64,000 bases of DNA from an uncultured Aminicenantes bacterium (GTDB lineage Bacteria; Acidobacteriota; Aminicenantia; UBA2199), in NCBI GenBank assembly GCA_965195285.1, contig CBDAFS010000040.1, positions 1-64,000 on the forward strand, written 5' to 3'. Positions 37,810-48,559 of this stretch are shown here, piece after piece. Position 1 is the stretch's first letter. Each line of letters begins with the position of its first letter. The translations under genes were made by a program, and so were the position numbers. The notes below the pieces were generated by a model that saw only the letters and a list, made by a program, of their open reading frames with translations, had not been told where the DNA came from and made no database searches.

Positions 37810-40086
37810 TCAGGTTTTTATGTTGATGAAAAAGTAGAATGAAACAGCCCCAAATAGAAACAAAGGTGCGAAGGCGGATAAAAAGGGCGGCAGGATTCCG
37901 CTGGAACCCAGGGCACTGAATATCCCGATGGCACCCCAGAAAATCATGGAAACCCCCACCGCGATTCCGATGCCGTACAGGGTTCCCTTGTTACCCATCA
38001 AAAATGAGAAGGGAATGGCAATGAACACCATGATCAAACTGGCAAAGGGAAAGGCAACTTTGTAGTAGAGTTTGGCCCTGAATTTGGTGGGATCCGATTT
38101 GTTCTTTTCCAAATATTGAATATAATTATTCAATTTGGCAATATTCATAAATTCAGAATACGATATTTTTTTGGTGAATATAGACCGTCCCTCTTTAACA
38201 ACTATTTGCTTTTGATCAAATTCCTTGAAATCATGCGGAGTATTTTGTTTAAATGTTCGCTCAAAACCGTCTCTGAGAATCAGCTGGTTTGGCCCTGACC
38301 AGGCTGCAGTTTTGGCCACGATTCTTCTGGAAATTTCAAATTGCTCATTAAAACTGATGGCAGTAAATTTCACAAACCGATTGGTTCTCCGGTTATAAAA
38401 TTGATAGTGGAACAATTCATTTTGACCGGCTATGATCCAGTTTTTTCTCAATTCAATATCGGTTTTCCGGGTTATATTCCGAATGATATTCAAGGTTTCC
38501 ATGGCATTTTTATTGTACTGGGGGGTCAGGTTTTCCTGAATAAAAAAGGCCAGCAGCGAAACCACCAGTCCGAAAAAAAATGCCGGCAAGGTCAATCGAT
38601 GCAGGCCGATTCCACTGACTTGAACCGCAATGATTTCATTATTCTTGCTCATCAATGAAAAGGTTAACAAAACCGCTGTTAAAATAGAGACCGGGAAGGT
38701 AAAGCTGATAAATTCAGGGATATTGTAAAACACATAGTTGAGTAAAAAATAAAATTCCACCTTGTTTTTGATGATCTCATCAATAAGATCGACAATGGTC
38801 AAAATAGAAAAAATGAACATTAGAGAGAGAAGAATCAGTGTAAAAACCAGAGTCAACCGTTTGAGGACATAAATATCCAGAATCTTAAACAGTCTGGATT
38901 TTGCCTTTTTTACTTTTAAAACAAAGAGAACTTTCCTCCTTTTTAAAAACGCTTTTTCTTTAAACCGATTAAAAAAGGAAAGCATGTCCTCCCAGTCGAT
39001 GGATTTTTCTTTTGAAGTAAAAAAGTACAGACCAATCCCTATCAAAATCAGGAACATGTTGGGGAACCATATGCCCGCAAACGGCGAAATGATCTTCTTC
39101 AGAATCATGTTTCTAGCCGTGGTAATAATGGTGTAATAGAGGAAAATGATACCCAGTGAAATAATGAAACCGCTGACTTTCCCCCCTTTTTTGGTTGAAA
39201 TGCCCAGAGACAAAGCCAGGAACCCAAAGGCCAGGCACGTAAATGGCAGGGCAAATTTGTTATGAAATTCAATTTGAATACTCAAATCATCGGGTTCATA
39301 TTTCAGGGTTTCCAGGAGATGGGGAAGGGTTTGCTGGGTGCTCCTGCGGGTTTGCTTGATATTAATCAACTCAGGAATATATTCTCTGAGGAATTTAAAA
39401 CTCTGGGAATAGCTCTGTTTGGGTTCTTTTTTTTTAAATCCCTGAATCACTGCATCGCTGAGGGCGATATGGCTTTCTCTTGTTCCATATTTTTGAATGA
39501 ATTTTCCCCTCTTGGCTATGATCATCTTGTCATCATTGGCCTGCTTCATTGAATAGAGGAATATGTCTTTCCATTCTCCGCTTGGATTGTCAATTTCATT
39601 GAAATAAAGCACATAAAACGGAAACCCCGTATAAAACGTTTTTGGTTTTATATTGGAAACCGCCTTGGACAGAATCACCTGGGTGTATAGCCGGGAAAAC
39701 CTGTAGTTACTCTCCGGGGCCACATACATGATCAACCAGGAAGAGAACAACCAGGTCAGTACGGTAAAAATCAAAACCGGTTTATAAACCCGCAGATTGT
39801 TTACTCCCATGGTCCGGTAAGCCACAATCTCATAGTCAGTGCTCATCCGACTTAAACCGGCCAATACCCCCATTAGAGTTGCCATGGGTATGGTAAAAGA
39901 CAGAAAATCTGGCAGAAGATACAGCAATATCTTCAAAATGGTCCAAGTGGAAGCACTTCTGGAAATCAGCACATTGGACAAAACCAGAATCTGATTAATG
40001 AGCAGGGTGAAGGTATACACCAGAAGCCCGATACTGAAGGGCGAAATGATTTCCTTCAACACATACCGATCAAAGGACTTGAGCAT
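37810..40086 (-). CDS. Fused LptF-LptG LPS export permease
   Basis: Two YjgP/YjgQ modules (FDRYVLKE...EIVA; LDIYVLKR...NNEIIA) in one 758-aa ORF. Confidence 0.88.
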   Translation of the reverse strand: MLKSFDRYVLKEIISPFSIGLLVYTFTLLINQILVLSNVLISRSASTWTILKILLYLLPDFLSFTIPMATLMGVLAGLSRMSTDYEIVAYRTMGVNNLRVYKPVLIFTVLTWLFSSWLIMYVAPESNYRFSRLYTQVILSKAVSNIKPKTFYTGFPFYVLYFNEIDNPSGEWKDIFLYSMKQANDDKMIIAKRGKFIQKYGTRESHIALSDAVIQGFKKKEPKQSYSQSFKFLREYIPELINIKQTRRSTQQTLPHLLETLKYEPDDLSIQIEFHNKFALPFTCLAFGFLALSLGISTKKGGKVSGFIISLGIIFLYYTIITTARNMILKKIISPFAGIWFPNMFLILIGIGLYFFTSKEKSIDWEDMLSFFNRFKEKAFLKRRKVLFVLKVKKAKSRLFKILDIYVLKRLTLVFTLILLSLMFIFSILTIVDLIDEIIKNKVEFYFLLNYVFYNIPEFISFTFPVSILTAVLLTFSLMSKNNEIIAVQVSGIGLHRLTLPAFFFGLVVSLLAFFIQENLTPQYNKNAMETLNIIRNITRKTDIELRKNWIIAGQNELFHYQFYNRRTNRFVKFTAISFNEQFEISRRIVAKTAAWSGPNQLILRDGFERTFKQNTPHDFKEFDQKQIVVKEGRSIFTKKISYSEFMNIAKLNNYIQYLEKNKSDPTKFRAKLYYKVAFPFASLIMVFIAIPFSFLMGNKGTLYGIGIAVGVSMIFWGAIGIFSALGSSGILPPFLSAFAPLFLFGAVSFYFFINIKT

Positions 40087-40189
40087 TTTCCAATCATATC
40101 ATATTCACAATAACAAACCAATATTTGATGTTTTTGAGATATTGTTGTGTTCGGCTGTTCTAAAAGTTATAATAAAAAGCGGAGAAAAA

Positions 40190-41326
40190 ATGAAACCACT
40201 GAAATCTATCATGTTTTGGTTATGGTTAAGCCTAATTTTAAATTTCCAACCATCAATGGCCGTGAAAAGCGAAGCGGCGATCGTCATGTGTGGACCCAGC
40301 GTCAAGCAGATAGAAAACATCAACCAGTTGTATGAGAGGGATTTGCTCCATCTCAACAATATCAAACTGATTTGTGTTTATCACCAGAATGAATTGATTT
40401 TCCACAAGCCCTCATTCGAAGAAGAGATCATCTCCAATTACCAGCCAGCAATTGACTACGTAAGGGAAAAGGATCTGGACTGGGTCAGTTTTGAAGTGAT
40501 AAAAGGTGTGGTTGAGATAAATAACCTCTTCAAAAATAATATCTGGACCCCTCAATTCAAAAGAATTTACGATCAGAGTCAGGGCATTATTTTTACCGGT
40601 GGTTACGATTTACCGCCATCCATATACGGTGAGGAAAACAATCTTCTCACCTCGGCTGCCACCCCCATCCGATCACTCTATGAGTGTTCTTTTCTATTCC
40701 ATCTTTTGGGCGGCAACCAGAATTCTGATTTCACGGCTTGGCTCGAATCCAGAAAAAGTTACGTTGTACTGGGTATATGTCTGGGTGCCCAAACCTTGAA
40801 TGTATCCACAGGAGGGACCCTGTTCCAGGATATTCCATCCCAGATTTATCATTTGAATACCATCGAACAAGTATTAAAACTCTCTCCGGATAAAATCCAC
40901 AGTTCCATTTATATTAAAAAGCTTCATCCCTTTGAAAAGGATCTGGCCCCGGCATTTCATCAAATAAAATTCAAGAACCACAGTCTGTGGACCCAAAAAA
41001 TGGGCATGCACAAGTCAGATCGCCCTTTTGTCTTATCCTCTCATCATCAGTCCGTCAAAACTCTGGGGAAAGATCTTGTGGTGGCCGCCACTTCATTGGA
41101 TGGAAAAGTGATAGAAGCCATCGCCCATTCCAGATACAAAAATGTCCTGGGAGTTCAGTTTCATCCGGAATATTTCCTCCTTTACCAAAAAGGATCACGC
41201 TTCAAAACATCTCCCCGGCAGAAATCCAATTTGAATTTACGTTCATTCTTATTTAACCACCCACCCTCAATGAAATTTCATCAAAACTTATGGAAATGGT
41301 TTTCTGAAGCCCTTTTGGGTATATAA
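40190..41326 (+). CDS. Peptidase C26/gamma-glutamyl hydrolase family, with signal peptide
   Basis: FTGGYD, LGICLGAQ (catalytic Cys), HHQ, GVQFHPE; start moved to MKPLKS behind GGAG. Confidence 0.8.
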   Translation: MKPLKSIMFWLWLSLILNFQPSMAVKSEAAIVMCGPSVKQIENINQLYERDLLHLNNIKLICVYHQNELIFHKPSFEEEIISNYQPAIDYVREKDLDWVSFEVIKGVVEINNLFKNNIWTPQFKRIYDQSQGIIFTGGYDLPPSIYGEENNLLTSAATPIRSLYECSFLFHLLGGNQNSDFTAWLESRKSYVVLGICLGAQTLNVSTGGTLFQDIPSQIYHLNTIEQVLKLSPDKIHSSIYIKKLHPFEKDLAPAFHQIKFKNHSLWTQKMGMHKSDRPFVLSSHHQSVKTLGKDLVVAATSLDGKVIEAIAHSRYKNVLGVQFHPEYFLLYQKGSRFKTSPRQKSNLNLRSFLFNHPPSMKFHQNLWKWFSEALLGI

Positions 41327-41387
41327 TATATTTGCTTTTTGGTACAAAATTTTTTATAATGGCATGTTAAACAAATGAGGACTATAA

Positions 41388-42449
41388 ATGGCAGAAGATT
41401 TGTTGAAGAGCATCAAACAAATGAGCAAGGAACGCGGGATTTCCCCAGATATTTTCTATACTGCCATTGAAGAAGCCCTCCTCACCGTTTCCCAAAAATA
41501 CTTTGAAGAAGGTACCGATATACAGGTGGAAATTGACAAGGAAAAAGGGCAGATTCAGGTCTTCACCACCAAACTAATCGTAAGAAATGCAAAAGACCCT
41601 ATCTCTGAAATAGACTGGAAGGAAGCGTTGAAACTCAATCCAAAAGTCAGAGAGGGTGATGAAATCAAAATATTCCTTCCCGGTGAAACCCTGGGAAGAA
41701 TAGCCGCACAGTCAGCAAAACATATCATCATGAACAAGGTACTACAGGCAGAACAACAGAGAATCTATGAAAAGTACTTTCCCCTCACCGGAACCCTGCT
41801 TTCCGGTGAGATTCGGCGAAAGGAGAAAGACAACCTGATTGTGGGCCTGGATATCGGCGAAGCCATTTTGCCCCCCAAGGAATTATCTCCCAAAGATGCT
41901 TTTAAAAGAGGCGAGATCGTCAAATTTTTAATCAAAAGGGTTTTTTCTGAGGGTAACGGGCCATTAATACTGGGATCAAGATATATGAATGATTTTGTTA
42001 TAGAACTCATCAAAAAGGAAGTACCGGAGGTTTCTGAAGGCATTGTGAAGATATTTTCAATTTCTCGGGAACCCGGAACCAAAACCAAGGTAGCGGTTTA
42101 TTCCATTGATAAAAGTGTTGACCCGGTCGGTGCCATTGTGGGAATGAGTGGCAACCGGGTTCTGTCTATTAGCAAAGAACTCCATGGAGAACGGATAGAT
42201 GTAATTGCCTGGAGTAATTCCCCCGATCGATTCATTGCCTCAGCCTTAACACCTGCAGAAGTGTTGAAGGTAATTATCATTGATCAAGATAACTGCAAGG
42301 CCGAAGTGACCGTATCCGCGGAATCACTGTCCTCGGCTATCGGGAAAAAGGGCATCAATATCAAACTGGCCTCCAAATTGACCCAGTGGAATATTCAACT
42401 TACCAACGAAATGGAAAACAGAACTGAAACGAATCAAAAAAAATTGTAG
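41388..42449 (+). CDS. nusA: Transcription termination factor NusA
   Basis: GRIAAQSAK, EVPE, REPG, DPVGA, AIGKKGINIKLAS. Confidence 0.95.
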   Translation: MAEDLLKSIKQMSKERGISPDIFYTAIEEALLTVSQKYFEEGTDIQVEIDKEKGQIQVFTTKLIVRNAKDPISEIDWKEALKLNPKVREGDEIKIFLPGETLGRIAAQSAKHIIMNKVLQAEQQRIYEKYFPLTGTLLSGEIRRKEKDNLIVGLDIGEAILPPKELSPKDAFKRGEIVKFLIKRVFSEGNGPLILGSRYMNDFVIELIKKEVPEVSEGIVKIFSISREPGTKTKVAVYSIDKSVDPVGAIVGMSGNRVLSISKELHGERIDVIAWSNSPDRFIASALTPAEVLKVIIIDQDNCKAEVTVSAESLSSAIGKKGINIKLASKLTQWNIQLTNEMENRTETNQKKL

Positions 42450-42460
42450 GAGAAAGCTCT

Positions 42461-44773
42461 ATGCAAACCATAAAATTACACGAAGCGACCAAGCAGTTTG
42501 AAATTTCAAATAAATTGGCCATGTTTTATCTGAAAAAGAAAAAAGTACCGGTTAAATCCCATTCCTCGGTTATATCCATGGAACAACTGGAACTGTTACG
42601 GGAATTTTCATCCAATCAGGATAAATACACCAAGCTCATTAATGAATTTAAGGATTCCCAAACCAAATCAAAATCAACCAAGACAGTAAAAACCGATACC
42701 GCCCCGAAAAAAGAACCGGAGAAAAAAGTGGAAATACCAAAGCAGAAAAAATCCCCGGCCAAAAAAACCCCGAAAGTAAAAATTGAGGAAAAGGATATTC
42801 CAAAAGAAAAAAAGCCAATAATCGAAAAAATAGAAAAAAAAGAGGAAAAAAAGGTAACCCCAAAACCTCCCGAACCTCTGAAAATTATTCCCAAAAGGGA
42901 GCCGGAGAAGAAGAAACCTGCCAAACCGGAACAGCCAAAAAAACCGGAAGCGCCTCCAAAGGAAATGAAGGAAAAAACACCCCCTGTTGTCAAACCCAGA
43001 CCTGAGAAGAAATTCCCCAATTTACCGGAAACGATTCAAATATCCGATTTTATTACCTATAAAGAACTTTGCGAAAAATTGAATCTAAAATTAAAAGATG
43101 TTGGTAAAAAATTGAAACACCTCAGCCAACAACATCAAACCAACCAGCTGCTTAACCTGGAAGACATCAAGAACATCTGCGGTGAATTTAAAGTTGAATT
43201 TGATCTGAAAGGTTACGAGGATTATATTTTTAATGAAGGTATCGAAAAAAGCGGCGCAAAATTAATTCCCCGGGTACCAGTGGTTGCCGTAATGGGACAT
43301 GTGGATCATGGAAAAACCACTCTATTGGATCATTTAAGAAAGACCCAGGTGGCCGCTAAAGAAGCTGGCGGAATCACCCAGAAAATTGGGGCTTATTTGC
43401 TTCGAATTAATAAAAATGCAATTGTGTTCATCGATACACCGGGTCATGAAGCCTTTACCAACCTGCGAGCCCGGGGTGCGCAAGTAACCGATCTGGTTAT
43501 TCTGGTTGTGGCTGCCAACGAAGGGGTTAAACCCCAGACCATCGAAGCCATTAATCACGCCCTGGCAGCCAAGGTTCCCATTATCGTGGCCATCAATAAA
43601 ATAGATATGAAAGGTGCGGAACCGGATAAGGTCAAACAGGAACTGAGCCAACACAACATCCTGGTGGAGGATTGGGGCGGAGATATCGTTTCAGTGGAAA
43701 TCTCTGCCAAAACCGGCCAAAACCTGGATGCCTTACTGGAAATGATCAGCCTGGTTACCGAAATGCAGGAACTTAAGGCCTATAAAGATATCCCGGCCCG
43801 GGGCACCATTATCGAGTCCCGCCTGGATCCCAAGCTGGGTTCGATGGGCACGATTTTAATTCAACACGGCCAGCTACACAGAGGAGATCACTTCATCTGC
43901 GGCAACTCCATCGGTAAAGTCAAATCAATATTCAATGACAAAGGAGAGACCATTGATACTGCAGAAGCACCCATGCCGATTGAGATAATGGGTTTTGATG
44001 AAATTCCCAATTCCGGAGATAAATTCCAGGTCATAGATGATATCGAAAAAGCCAGAAAAATCATTGAAATGAGAAAACTCAGAGAAAAGGAAAGTAAAAA
44101 GGAAGAAATCGACGCTGAAAAAAAACTGAGTCTGCAAAATCTTTTTAAAAAAATGGAAGCGAGCAAAACCAAGATATTCCCCATCATTACAAAAACCGAT
44201 AATTTCGGTTCGGGTGAGGTTATTGAAAAACTGTTACTGGAAAAAAATGCTGACAACCTGACCATTGATATCATCCACAAGGGTATCGGCAATATCACTG
44301 AGGGGGATATACTGCTGGCATCAACAGCCGGAGCCATTATCATTGGGTTTAACATCAAGGTTCCCCAAAAAGTATTGATCCTTGCCAAAAGGGAACAAAT
44401 CGAAATCAAACTGTTTGATGTTATTTATCATCTCATTGAGGAAATTGAAAAATCCATCAAGGGTGAAATCGTACCGGAATATATTAGCAATCTCATTGGA
44501 AAAATCGAAGTGCTTCAGAAATTCAAGATTTCAAAGCTCGGACTCGTAGCCGGTTGCATTGTCAAAGAAGGCAAGGTAACCAATAAATCAAAACTCAAGG
44601 TAGTCAGGGGAAACGATCTCGTTTTCGAAGGTGATATCGAAACCCTGAAGAGGGTCAAGGATGAAGTTTCTGAAGTCAGGGCAGGGACCGAATGCGGGAT
44701 CAAAATAAAGAACTTCAATTCCATTGAGGTCGGCGATATAATTGAAGCATACGAATTAACTCTGAAAGAATGA
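42461..44773 (+). CDS. infB: Translation initiation factor IF-2
   Basis: [25 protein letters not shown]. Confidence 0.97.
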   Translation: MQTIKLHEATKQFEISNKLAMFYLKKKKVPVKSHSSVISMEQLELLREFSSNQDKYTKLINEFKDSQTKSKSTKTVKTDTAPKKEPEKKVEIPKQKKSPAKKTPKVKIEEKDIPKEKKPIIEKIEKKEEKKVTPKPPEPLKIIPKREPEKKKPAKPEQPKKPEAPPKEMKEKTPPVVKPRPEKKFPNLPETIQISDFITYKELCEKLNLKLKDVGKKLKHLSQQHQTNQLLNLEDIKNICGEFKVEFDLKGYEDYIFNEGIEKSGAKLIPRVPVVAVMGHVDHGKTTLLDHLRKTQVAAKEAGGITQKIGAYLLRINKNAIVFIDTPGHEAFTNLRARGAQVTDLVILVVAANEGVKPQTIEAINHALAAKVPIIVAINKIDMKGAEPDKVKQELSQHNILVEDWGGDIVSVEISAKTGQNLDALLEMISLVTEMQELKAYKDIPARGTIIESRLDPKLGSMGTILIQHGQLHRGDHFICGNSIGKVKSIFNDKGETIDTAEAPMPIEIMGFDEIPNSGDKFQVIDDIEKARKIIEMRKLREKESKKEEIDAEKKLSLQNLFKKMEASKTKIFPIITKTDNFGSGEVIEKLLLEKNADNLTIDIIHKGIGNITEGDILLASTAGAIIIGFNIKVPQKVLILAKREQIEIKLFDVIYHLIEEIEKSIKGEIVPEYISNLIGKIEVLQKFKISKLGLVAGCIVKEGKVTNKSKLKVVRGNDLVFEGDIETLKRVKDEVSEVRAGTECGIKIKNFNSIEVGDIIEAYELTLKE

Positions 44774-45051
44774 TAATCGGTATAATGACCTTGGATCTAA
44801 TCGCTGAAAATTCACATAGCTTGAAAGAAAAAAGACATATCGTCTCCAGTATAAAAGACAAATTAAAGTATAAATTCAATGTTTCCCTGATTGAAAGTGA
44901 CTATCAGGATTTATGGCAAAAAATCCAGATTACCATTGTCATGGCTGCCAATAAGAAAGTTCTGGCAGAAAAAGTGTTTCACCAGATTGAAGAAATTATC
45001 TTTTCAAATTATGGCGTTCAAATTATTCACGTCAATAAAGAGTATATTTAA
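44770..45051 (+). CDS. DUF503 (YlxP) family protein
   Basis: SLKEKR...FNVS...QDLWQ, located between infB and rbfA. Confidence 0.85.
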   Translation: MIIGIMTLDLIAENSHSLKEKRHIVSSIKDKLKYKFNVSLIESDYQDLWQKIQITIVMAANKKVLAEKVFHQIEEIIFSNYGVQIIHVNKEYI

Positions 45052-45057
45052 CCCATC

Positions 45058-45381
45058 ATGCCCTACCGAAAACAAAGATTCATCAGCACCTTAAAACAAA
45101 GCCTTGGAGATATATTGCTGAACGAGATCCATAATCCCGAACTTCAATTTATTTCAATCTCAGAGGTGAGTGTCAGCAATGATCTGAAAAAGGCCAGTAT
45201 CTATGTGTCTTCTCCCACCCAGAATATTGAAAATATTATCGAACAACTGAATAAGGCCAAGGGATTTATAAAGAAAAGACTGCCGGAAAAAATGAGCCTG
45301 AGATATGTTCCGGAACTGGATTTTTATGAAGATGCGGGTTTTGAAATGGATCAGAAAATCTCCGATATGAACCAAACCTGA
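45058..45381 (+). CDS. rbfA: Ribosome-binding factor A
   Basis: VSNDLKKASIYVS, LRYVPELDF; operon context. Confidence 0.9.
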   Translation: MPYRKQRFISTLKQSLGDILLNEIHNPELQFISISEVSVSNDLKKASIYVSSPTQNIENIIEQLNKAKGFIKKRLPEKMSLRYVPELDFYEDAGFEMDQKISDMNQT

Positions 45382-45382
45382 A

Positions 45383-46348
45383 ATGAAAAAACAAATTTCA
45401 AAAATAATCAATGATTCAAAAAAAATTGCCATCAGTTCACATGTGCGCCCAGATGCTGACTCTATCGGAAGTGGCCTTGCCCTCTGTTTGATGCTCAAAC
45501 AATTGGGCAAACAAGTTCAATTCATGAACACCGACCTTGCACCCTACCCCCTGACCAAATTGCCCGGTTATGAACTCATCCAGTATGAACAGATTTATCC
45601 TCAGCCTTTTGACATCCTCATACTTGTGGAAGGTGGTACCGAATCCAGAACCGGCCAGAAACACATTGATCAATACTTCACCATCAATATTGATCACCAT
45701 GCCACCAGCAGCCAGGATGCCAACATAAACTGGGTGGTTCCTGAAGCGGCTGCGGTTGGCGAATTAATATATGAACTGGGATTTCAACTTAATGTTCGAT
45801 TCACCCGGGACATTGGTTTTAACCTTTATGCAGCCATTATTTCCGATACCGGTTCATTCAAATATTCCAATACTACCCACAAGTCATTGAGAATTGCATC
45901 GGAGTTGGTTGAAAAGTGCCAGTTCTTACCTCATGAAGTAAGCAATCTGCTGTTTAATTCAAATCAATACGACAAAGTGAAGATGATACCCAAGATTCTA
46001 TCCACATTGGAATTGAAATTAAATAACCGGGTATCCATCATTGAATTCCGACAACATTTCCTGGAAAATCTGAACCTAAAAGAAATTGAAACCGAAGATA
46101 TTATTGCAGTTGCCAGGTCAATAGACGGTGTACAGGTAACCCTGTTTTTCAAGGAGATCGACACGGATTTATTCCGGGTATCCATCCGATCCAAGGGAAA
46201 TTTTAATTCACAACTGGTGGCCAGTGAATTTGATGGCGGGGGACATGCCCATGCTGCCGGCTTCTTTTTCAACGGCAATATCAACCAGGCCAAAGAAAAA
46301 ATTCTCCCGGTAATACAGGATCATTTTGACAATTGCTCTCAGAAATGA
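45383..46348 (+). CDS. nrnA: DHH/DHHA1 oligoribonuclease/PAP phosphatase
   Basis: HVRPDADSIGS, IDHH, SDTG, GGGHAHAAG. Confidence 0.88.
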   Translation: MKKQISKIINDSKKIAISSHVRPDADSIGSGLALCLMLKQLGKQVQFMNTDLAPYPLTKLPGYELIQYEQIYPQPFDILILVEGGTESRTGQKHIDQYFTINIDHHATSSQDANINWVVPEAAAVGELIYELGFQLNVRFTRDIGFNLYAAIISDTGSFKYSNTTHKSLRIASELVEKCQFLPHEVSNLLFNSNQYDKVKMIPKILSTLELKLNNRVSIIEFRQHFLENLNLKEIETEDIIAVARSIDGVQVTLFFKEIDTDLFRVSIRSKGNFNSQLVASEFDGGGHAHAAGFFFNGNINQAKEKILPVIQDHFDNCSQK

Positions 46349-47247
46349 TATCGGGCCTTCTCGTCGTAAACAAAGCCAGTAATATGACTTCACACTCGGT
46401 TGTGGAAAAGATCAGAACTTTATACCATATACCAAAGGTTGGACATTTCGGAACATTGGATCCCATGGCTGAAGGTATTTTACTGGTGGGGATTGGTAAA
46501 GCCACCAAATTTTTTGACTTTTATATTCAAAAAAAGAAACTGTATTCCGGAACCATAAAATTCGGTTGCCCCACTTCAACCTATGATAGGGAAGGCACAC
46601 CCCTGTCTGAAATAAATGACATCGACTTGAATGGAATTGATCTCGATTCCTTACTCAGTGAATTTACTGGGGAAATTCATCAAATTCCTCCTGCCTATTC
46701 AGCCAAAAAGTACAAAGGCAAACCGCTTTATAAATATGCCCGGGAAAAAAAGCCAATTGATATAAAACCGGTTATGGTAACCGTCTACTCCCTGAAAGGA
46801 AAAATTCTCAATCCGGACACCCTCTGGTTTGAAGCCCAGACATCGGCCGGCACCTATATCCGTTCCCTGGCCCATGATATGGGCCAGAAACTGGGTGTGG
46901 GAGCTTATCTGGATACGTTGAAGAGATTGAGCATCGGTGAGTTTGACCTGACCGCAGCAGTTTCAAGTGAGCAATTATCCAACCGGATCCATATAACAGA
47001 CTTTTCAAAATTGGTCATCCCTATCGAAAGTTTGCTGCCGGAATTCCCGAAAGTTATTGTGACCGAGACAGGGAAAAGGGGGGTGATAAACGGAGTTCCC
47101 CTGGTAACGAAAGAGATTATTAAAATTCTCCCCTCAATCAACAAAACCTATTTTCGAATATTTGATGAAGAGGGAAAACTCCTGGCCATTGCCCGCAAGG
47201 ATGACAAGATCAGGCAGTTCAATCCCTTTATCGTCTTCCCGGACTGA
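46345..47247 (+). CDS. truB: tRNA pseudouridine(55) synthase
   Basis: KVGHFGTLDPMAEG, PPAYSA, GTYIRSLA; ATGA overlap with nrnA. Confidence 0.94.
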   Translation: MISGLLVVNKASNMTSHSVVEKIRTLYHIPKVGHFGTLDPMAEGILLVGIGKATKFFDFYIQKKKLYSGTIKFGCPTSTYDREGTPLSEINDIDLNGIDLDSLLSEFTGEIHQIPPAYSAKKYKGKPLYKYAREKKPIDIKPVMVTVYSLKGKILNPDTLWFEAQTSAGTYIRSLAHDMGQKLGVGAYLDTLKRLSIGEFDLTAAVSSEQLSNRIHITDFSKLVIPIESLLPEFPKVIVTETGKRGVINGVPLVTKEIIKILPSINKTYFRIFDEEGKLLAIARKDDKIRQFNPFIVFPD

Positions 47248-47315
47248 TAAAATAATAATCTTTACAATAAATTCGGAAATAGCATAACCGGAATTGGATC
47301 TGCCGGTAACAGAAA

Positions 47316-47918
47316 TTAATAAAAGAAGACTGGGCTAACCACTCGATTGGACAGGTCAAAACGAAGGCCTTCTATTTGCAATAAGGCCCTTTTCATATCC
47401 ATCCCTCCCTGAAATCCGCCCAAAGACCGGTCTGATCGAATAGCCCGATGACAGGGAATAATAATCGGAAAAGGATTGTTGGCCAGGGCATTGCCTACTG
47501 CCCGCGCCGCATTCGATTTTCCCAGAAAGCGGGCAATTCGCCGGTAGGTACTAACAGCCCCCCGGGGGATTTCGTATTCGACACGCAAAACTTCTTTCTG
47601 AAAATCAGAACAGATATCCATTTGCACATGATCAAGCGAAAACTTGACCGGTTTTCCTCCCAGAAAGAGTTCAATCTCATCAGCCATTGCCTCCATTTCC
47701 GGACAGGTTGCCCGAATCGAATGGGGAAATAGGGCCTTAAGCCTCAATTCAGCTGATTGATCCGGTCCTGAAAGCAATATCCGATAGAGGGCTGGCTTTT
47801 CATTTCGGGATGACCAGAGCACCACCAGCTGACCAAAAGAGGTCAGTCGGGTCATGTTCTTAATTTTTGCATCCATTCGTGAAATTTGCCCAGCTGACCC
47901 GAACCGGTTTTTCCTCAA
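47316..47918 (-). CDS. ogt: Methylated-DNA-protein-cysteine methyltransferase
   Basis: ARAVGNA, IIPCHRAI active site; start may be 47876 or 47855. Confidence 0.88.
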   Translation of the reverse strand: MRKNRFGSAGQISRMDAKIKNMTRLTSFGQLVVLWSSRNEKPALYRILLSGPDQSAELRLKALFPHSIRATCPEMEAMADEIELFLGGKPVKFSLDHVQMDICSDFQKEVLRVEYEIPRGAVSTYRRIARFLGKSNAARAVGNALANNPFPIIIPCHRAIRSDRSLGGFQGGMDMKRALLQIEGLRFDLSNRVVSPVFFY

Positions 47919-48559
47919 TAATATATGGTAATCTTAAAAGAGCCTGAATTATTCTCAAAATTAAAATCATTGATGCCGACATACAGTCTGTTTTTTCGGT
48001 CCATATGAAATGGGGCCTTATCATTCCCCACATAGAATGGTTTTCCCCTTTCTCCGATTTTTGAAATAACCGCACCGGTTGGATGATGGGGAAGCGGCTT
48101 GTTTTTATTCAAGGTAAGATTCAATTCACCATTTTGGAAAACCCGGGTATTTTCATCAATATTTATGAAACCGGTGACTGAGAAGAGAACTTCCTGACCG
48201 ATATTCACATTGATACCCGTATCCAGCCAGTTCTGGTTTCCCTTAATCACAATGGTTTTTTTTCTTTTGTTCTGTCTGAACTTTTGATAACTGGATTCGA
48301 TATCAAAGGATGATAAAAGGCCTTCTTTCTCCCGTTTATTGAATTCAATTTTCCAAACCTGTGATAACGGGAATCTCATGAGTCGGTAAAATTTTCCAAA
48401 CCTATATGCGTTAAGAAAAATCACATTGTATTTGAAAGCAACCATTTGACCCTCAAATACCTTTCCATCAACCGTATAGAGGAAATCTGCTGACAGATCA
48501 ACCTGCAAGAGAATGAGGAAACACAAAACAACCATCAAGTATTTGCTATTTTTATTCAT
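47915..48559 (-). CDS. Secreted hypothetical protein with a C-terminal beta-sandwich (LecA/PA-IL-like)
   Basis: Signal peptide; WLDTGI...LYVGINDFNFENNSGSF pattern. Confidence 0.5.
   Translation of the reverse strand: MNKNSKYLMVVLCFLILLQVDLSADFLYTVDGKVFEGQMVAFKYNVIFLNAYRFGKFYRLMRFPLSQVWKIEFNKREKEGLLSSFDIESSYQKFRQNKRKKTIVIKGNQNWLDTGINVNIGQEVLFSVTGFINIDENTRVFQNGELNLTLNKNKPLPHHPTGAVISKIGERGKPFYVGNDKAPFHMDRKNRLYVGINDFNFENNSGSFKITIYY

Noticed and set aside
42616-43020. Phe/Gly-rich apparent membrane protein on the minus strand
   Set aside because: It mirrors the Lys/Pro/Glu-rich IF-2 linker, which is ordinary for infB.
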